Source of the DNA: Candidatus Hodarchaeota archaeon
GTDB lineage: Archaea; Asgardarchaeota; Heimdallarchaeia; Hodarchaeales; Hodarchaeaceae
Length of the DNA: 15,325 nt
Assembly (NCBI GenBank): GCA_030589605.1
Contig: JAUUVJ010000032.1
Location: forward strand, 1-15,325
Direction of reading: 5' to 3'
Made by a program: the position numbers and the translations under genes. Shown one piece after another: positions 12,425 to 15,325 of this stretch (positions are counted from its first letter, which is position 1; every line of letters starts with the position of its first letter). The notes under the pieces were generated by a model that searched no databases, was not told the origin of the DNA, and saw only the letters and a list, made by a program, of their open reading frames with translations.

Positions 12425-14995
12425 TCATTCAGTTGTAAATAATTCTTTCACGATTGGAATATCGTCATAAAAAACTTCGAGATCACCCAACCACATAGGT
12501 AGGGTCTTTCCATGTCTTATTTCGAAATCTGTTAAGAAGGATGTAAGTTTTTTACGTAATTCAGTAGATGTAGTATCTGCAAATATTGCTGCGAAAACAT
12601 ATTTTGCATATTCTATCGTCAGAACGACATCTCCATGATCAATTGTTTTTAATAATTGCTCACTTCTGACTGCTTCTTTTGCAAATGAGGTAATAGCAGA
12701 GAAAAGTCCCGCAACTAAAGCTGGTTCGACTTGTGATTCTGCAGCAAATGTGTGTGATAATAAAGCTCTTCCATCTAACATCATCACATGTAAAGAGTCG
12801 ATTGTAACTTCTTTGAATGAATAAGAAAATTCCTTATGAAACAATGTAAATACTTGATTAAAAGGAACTTCGAGATCAAATGTTAATTCATCTAATATTT
12901 CCTGAATTCGAGTAGTTTTTAGCCCAGTTACAAGATTTAATTCCTCTAACGATCTTTCTTTACTAACAATTGCTTGATACAGCTGTGAACCATTTTCGAT
13001 GTTAGCTGCCTTTTCATCTATTTGTTGTTTTAATGAAACTTCTTCAATTTGAGAGGCACTAATTAAAATGATTTTAGATTTTCTCTCCAGTTCACTTTTA
13101 GAGGGTAAATGAGACATATCAGAATAAATTGTTTTGTATTGTGTTTTTTCTTCCCCAACCTGAGTTTTTGCTTTAAATTTGCGTCTAGCTAAAAACAGGA
13201 CAGCTCCATATGTCATTAAAATCGCAAAGGGGTGTAATATATTGTATGGAATTGATAAAATACCCAAAAACTGACCTCCAGTTCCTTTCCAAATAACTGG
13301 AATTTCAATTAGCTGTGGAACAATAAATTGGATCTGGTTGAAAGTACCTTCTTTCCATACTGATGATAACCAATTTGTTGTAACTGTTGTTCCTGTGATA
13401 CCAGCAAAAAGGTTTGCTACTACTGTAATAAATGGAGCGATTAAAATTTCTCCATCGTATTGGGGAAAAGGAGAATCGAAATTTAATAATGTGTACCATT
13501 GATCGTTGTAATAATTGAAAATCAAAAAACTCACTAAGAACATGGTTATATATATCACTACAGTTGAACCTATAAGACTCCAATTCCATCTTCGGATGAA
13601 TAAGATTAATAATGCACAAAGAATAAAACTAGCGAAGTTTTGAGTTAACCAGAAGAAAGATCTGTAATGAACAGTTTCTAAATAAATAAACATACCTTTC
13701 ATAAACACCCTGTATGTAAGAAAACCAAAAGCCAGTAAAATACCAAAAACTATACCTGCTAAAACAGATTTAGCGTAATTCTTTAAATCAAACTGTTCAA
13801 ACACTACTCTCAGATTCTTAAATGATTCAATTAGTTTTATTAGCAAAAATATCGAGAAAGGTTCAAAAATGTCTAAGAACAACACGAAGAATATTGATAC
13901 CATTATAAAATACACAACAAAGTATGAAATTACGAAGATTTGATCAGAATATTGAACTAAGAACAGAATAACAGCTAATCCTGACATAAAGGCTCCTACA
14001 GTTGATAAACTCTGAACCATGGTAATATATAATTGATTTCCTAAGAATTTTCCCTTTCGAGATAAATGACTAGCTTTAATGAGATACACACAGAATACAA
14101 TAGAGGCAATGTATGCAAAGAAAATTTCTAAGAACCAACCCATTGTTGTTCCTTGTAGTAAACTTGGGTTTTCAGTTTCTCCAAGTAACTGAAGAATGGT
14201 CATAAGAAGAAATAGTGTAATCGGCAGAATAGCAATAAGGACTTTCAAAAGTTCTTTTTCACTATCCCAATTCTTTTTCTTTACACTCGTCATAATTTCC
14301 TGAAAAGGGGAAACTTCCATTTCAAACTGTATCTCTTGGAGTCGTTGAGTGATACCCCGTACTTCATTCAATTGCTGTTTAAAATCATCTGTATCGGTTT
14401 CTATTTCTTTAATATTCAATGCAATTTCTTGGGCTTTCTCTTCGGATGCTTCTTTTAATTGTTTTTTGAGTACTTTAATCTCACTTTGGTTACGCTTGAT
14501 AAATCGTTTGAGAGGTTTTTTGTTATTTCTTTTTTCACCCCAGGTCTGGTAAAGTATTATTATCATTGATAAGAAAGGGGATATCCCAAAAACAAATCCT
14601 AAAACAATTATAGGATAATTTAGATAATTAACTAGGGAATTAATTAGATGTTGAACTAAATATCTGATAATAATGGGTATTCCAGGGATTGTTGCATTAG
14701 CAGGACTTACCGTTGTATCCCATACAGTGCTGAAGCCATTAGTACCTGGAATGGGATAATACTCCTGAGTCATGTATTGATTTGGATTCGGTACAAAAGA
14801 GTTTATTATACTTGGAAAAACGAAGTATCCAATATAAAAAACGATAAAACCTATATAAAATCGATTAAAGATGACTGCAATGAGATTTTCGTCTTTTTTA
14901 CGGGTATATAGATAAGGAAAGAATATGATGATCAAAGGTAATAAAGTTACAATAAGGGAGAATATTATATTTATTGGATCGTCAAATAGTGCCAT
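12425..14995 (-). CDS. Large polytopic membrane protein (about 12 TM helices) with a cytoplasmic K/E-rich coiled-coil loop and a cytoplasmic C-terminal tail carrying a possible winged helix and a longin/roadblock-like module; no recognisable family
   Basis: The ATG is at 14995. Hydrophobic helices run through aa 8-610. Positive-inside residues follow TM1 (TRKKDEN), TM3 (KRNNKKPLKRFIKR) and the last TM (ARRKFKAK). The loop at aa 62-120 has an N-A-T sequon and is predicted to be outside. Residues 153-248 are a charged, heptad-like segment. Residues 610-856 are soluble. Confidence 0.8.
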   Translation of the reverse strand: MALFDDPINIIFSLIVTLLPLIIIFFPYLYTRKKDENLIAVIFNRFYIGFIVFYIGYFVFPSIINSFVPNPNQYMTQEYYPIPGTNGFSTVWDTTVSPANATIPGIPIIIRYLVQHLINSLVNYLNYPIIVLGFVFGISPFLSMIIILYQTWGEKRNNKKPLKRFIKRNQSEIKVLKKQLKEASEEKAQEIALNIKEIETDTDDFKQQLNEVRGITQRLQEIQFEMEVSPFQEIMTSVKKKNWDSEKELLKVLIAILPITLFLLMTILQLLGETENPSLLQGTTMGWFLEIFFAYIASIVFCVYLIKASHLSRKGKFLGNQLYITMVQSLSTVGAFMSGLAVILFLVQYSDQIFVISYFVVYFIMVSIFFVLFLDIFEPFSIFLLIKLIESFKNLRVVFEQFDLKNYAKSVLAGIVFGILLAFGFLTYRVFMKGMFIYLETVHYRSFFWLTQNFASFILCALLILFIRRWNWSLIGSTVVIYITMFLVSFLIFNYYNDQWYTLLNFDSPFPQYDGEILIAPFITVVANLFAGITGTTVTTNWLSSVWKEGTFNQIQFIVPQLIEIPVIWKGTGGQFLGILSIPYNILHPFAILMTYGAVLFLARRKFKAKTQVGEEKTQYKTIYSDMSHLPSKSELERKSKIILISASQIEEVSLKQQIDEKAANIENGSQLYQAIVSKERSLEELNLVTGLKTTRIQEILDELTFDLEVPFNQVFTLFHKEFSYSFKEVTIDSLHVMMLDGRALLSHTFAAESQVEPALVAGLFSAITSFAKEAVRSEQLLKTIDHGDVVLTIEYAKYVFAAIFADTTSTELRKKLTSFLTDFEIRHGKTLPMWLGDLEVFYDDIPIVKELFTTE
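12428..12826 (-). other. Longin/roadblock-like module at the C-terminus of the membrane protein (aa 724-856)
   Basis: SYSFKEV, LHVMMLD, ALLSHTF, EPALVAGLFSAITSFAKEAV, LLKTIDHG, VVLTIEYA, YVFAAIFA, ELRKKLTSFLTDFEIRHG. The order of elements and the key motif are the same as in the HerA-type protein. Confidence 0.45.
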
Positions 14996-15276
14996 TACTA
15001 TCCATCCTGCTTAATTAAATCTTATACACAATTATTCATTATTGGAGATAAATTATATTTTTTCCTTTTTATACGTATCATTAAAAACTTTGTTTTCACC
15101 AGATTATTGGTTCCTTCTATTATAAATTTCAGAGGAAAAAGAGGACAATTTACTGTGAAAAAGTCTACTAAAACTTATGTAAAACTACTTTAACCAAGTA
15201 ATTGTGAAATACTAAGAAAATTGACATTTGTAACGATACTAACTTCTCCCCATCTTATAAAAAAAGAAAAAAGAAG

Positions 15277-15302
15277 AGAAAGACGATTACCTTCGTCTTT
15301 TT
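15277..15302 (-). terminator. 10-bp hairpin (AGAAAGACGA ttacct TCGTCTTTTT) flanked by A-rich and T-rich runs; probable terminator of a minus-strand gene lying beyond the right edge
   Basis: The stem 15277-15286/15293-15302 has 9 Watson-Crick pairs plus 1 G-U. In the minus sense it is followed by TTCTCTTCTTTTTTCTTTTTTTATA. The gene it would terminate is outside the window, so this cannot be confirmed. Confidence 0.35.
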
Positions 15303-15325
15303 CGGTAGAGAGCATAGAGAGGAGG

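Noticed and set aside
13305-14552. ORFs 13305-13619 (-, alternative frame) and 14349-14552 (+)
   Set aside because: Both are embedded in the large membrane-protein gene, whose own frame shows consistent TM periodicity. These are shadow ORFs.
1-15325. CRISPR arrays, insertion sequences, rRNA genes and known defence systems
   Set aside because: I noticed no regularly spaced direct repeats, no terminal inverted repeats around a transposase-like ORF and no rRNA-like GC-rich blocks. The HerA-type gene lacks the SIR2 or DUF4297 partner that defines the known HerA defence systems.
15288-15325. Possible 3' end of a minus-strand gene entering from the right edge (one frame reads ..PPLYALYRKRRR-stop)
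   Set aside because: Only about 12 codons are visible and other frames are also open, so no call is possible from this window.

Overview
This is an AT-rich segment that looks like archaeal chromosome. Supporting signs are an MptE-type pterin kinase, a CPSF-like beta-CASP RNase and a tRNA without an encoded CCA. The eukaryote-like SNM1 nuclease and the longin/roadblock-like modules suggest an Asgard/Lokiarchaeia-like host, but that is only an inference. No database search was possible.

I support 11 protein genes, one tRNA-Val(CAC) and one GC-rich structured RNA of unknown class. From left to right:
- a minus-strand pair of a beta-CASP RNase and a JAMM/MPN+ protease
- an NfeD-like membrane protein
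- tRNA-Val
- a minus-strand pair of an SNM1/PSO2-type DNA nuclease and a MutS-family ATPase with an N-terminal (HhH)2
- the orphan structured RNA
- a pterin/redox cluster of MptE, a COG0720 PTPS/QueD-like enzyme and thioredoxin reductase
- a convergent pair made of an 886-aa HerA/FtsK-type ATPase and an 856-aa membrane protein with about 12 TM helices.

The last pair is the best candidate for an undescribed system. Both proteins carry a similar cytoplasmic longin/roadblock-like module, which suggests the hexameric translocase ATPase docks onto the membrane protein. No NurA/Mre11/Rad50, SIR2 or other known HerA partner is present.

I saw no CRISPR array, transposase, integrase or rRNA. The short antisense and out-of-frame ORFs in the track are rejected as shadows of the long genes.
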